From Acetofilamentum sp. (GTDB lineage Bacteria; Hydrothermota; 32-111): a DNA stretch of 64,000 bases. Positions 63,772 to 64,000 of this stretch are shown here, one piece after another. The stretch is taken from contig DYMB01000001.1 of the NCBI GenBank assembly GCA_020721805.1, forward strand, positions 243,149-307,148, in the 5' to 3' direction. A program made the translations under genes and the position numbers. Position 1 is the stretch's first letter; the number at the start of each line of letters is the position of its first letter. The notes beneath the pieces were generated by a model. The model worked only from the letters and a program-made list of their open reading frames with translations. It did not search any database and was not told where the DNA came from.

Positions 63772-64000
63772 TGAAATTTTTTATTGATAGTGCTAACCTT
63801 GATGAGATAAAAGATCTTGCAAATCAGGGGATAGTGGATGGTGTAACAACCAATCCAACCCTTATCGCAAAAGAAATAAAAAGAACTGGTAAAAAGATGG
63901 AAGAGATAATAAAAGAAATATCGATTATAGTCAAAGGACCAATTTCTGCAGAGGTTTTATCAAATGAATATCAGGGTATGATAGATGAGGCTGTAAAACT
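63772..64000 (+). CDS. Transaldolase / fructose-6-phosphate aldolase family (3' truncated by window edge)
   Basis: [35 protein letters not shown] is a typical short-form TalC/Fsa N-terminus. RBS GGAGG at 63761-63765. Confidence 0.8.

Overview
This 64 kb window is AT-rich (roughly 30% GC) and densely coding, from a bacterium that looks like an FCB-group or candidate-phylum organism. Three secreted proteins carry C-terminal T9SS (Por/TIGR04183-type) sorting domains, and SecA is the long ~1150 aa form. Unlike classical Bacteroidetes, most genes have strong AAGGAGG Shine-Dalgarno sites. The content is largely housekeeping and falls into five blocks.

1. A partial NSS sodium symporter, tRNA-Leu and tRNA-Phe, then a T9SS cargo locus with two subtilases and a BNR/Asp-box protein.
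2. lgt, pepP, a PHP phosphatase, a divergent serine-biosynthesis pair, and a three-gene hypothetical operon encoding a large membrane/coiled-coil protein.
3. A ~20 kb co-directional minus-strand block: thrS-infC-rpmI-rplT, zapA, a GC-rich structured RNA, rny, ymdB, folD, xseAB, ispA, a PAP2-like gene, dxs, secA, ligA, thyX and a GT4 transferase. The structured RNA downstream of zapA is a 6S (SsrS) candidate.
4. A tRNA-Lys / cNMP-binding protein / tRNA-Glu / tRNA-Val operon, and a predicted ~60 nt small RNA with a CCUCCC loop.
5. A ~16.6 kb plus-strand supraoperon: yceD-rpmF-plsX-fabHDG-acpP-fabF-rnc, etfBA, then a polyprenol-phosphate amino-sugar glycosylation cluster (GT2, SDR epimerase/dehydratase, DegT aminotransferase, SAM methyltransferase, GT-C membrane transferase). 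It ends in an M1 zinc peptidase fused to a C-terminal outer-membrane beta-barrel. A sensor-like membrane coiled-coil protein, leuS, truA and a partial transaldolase follow.

No CRISPR array, transposase, integrase or rRNA is present. The best candidates for a novel system are the glycosylation cluster with the peptidase-barrel fusion, and the DUF4175-like three-gene operon.
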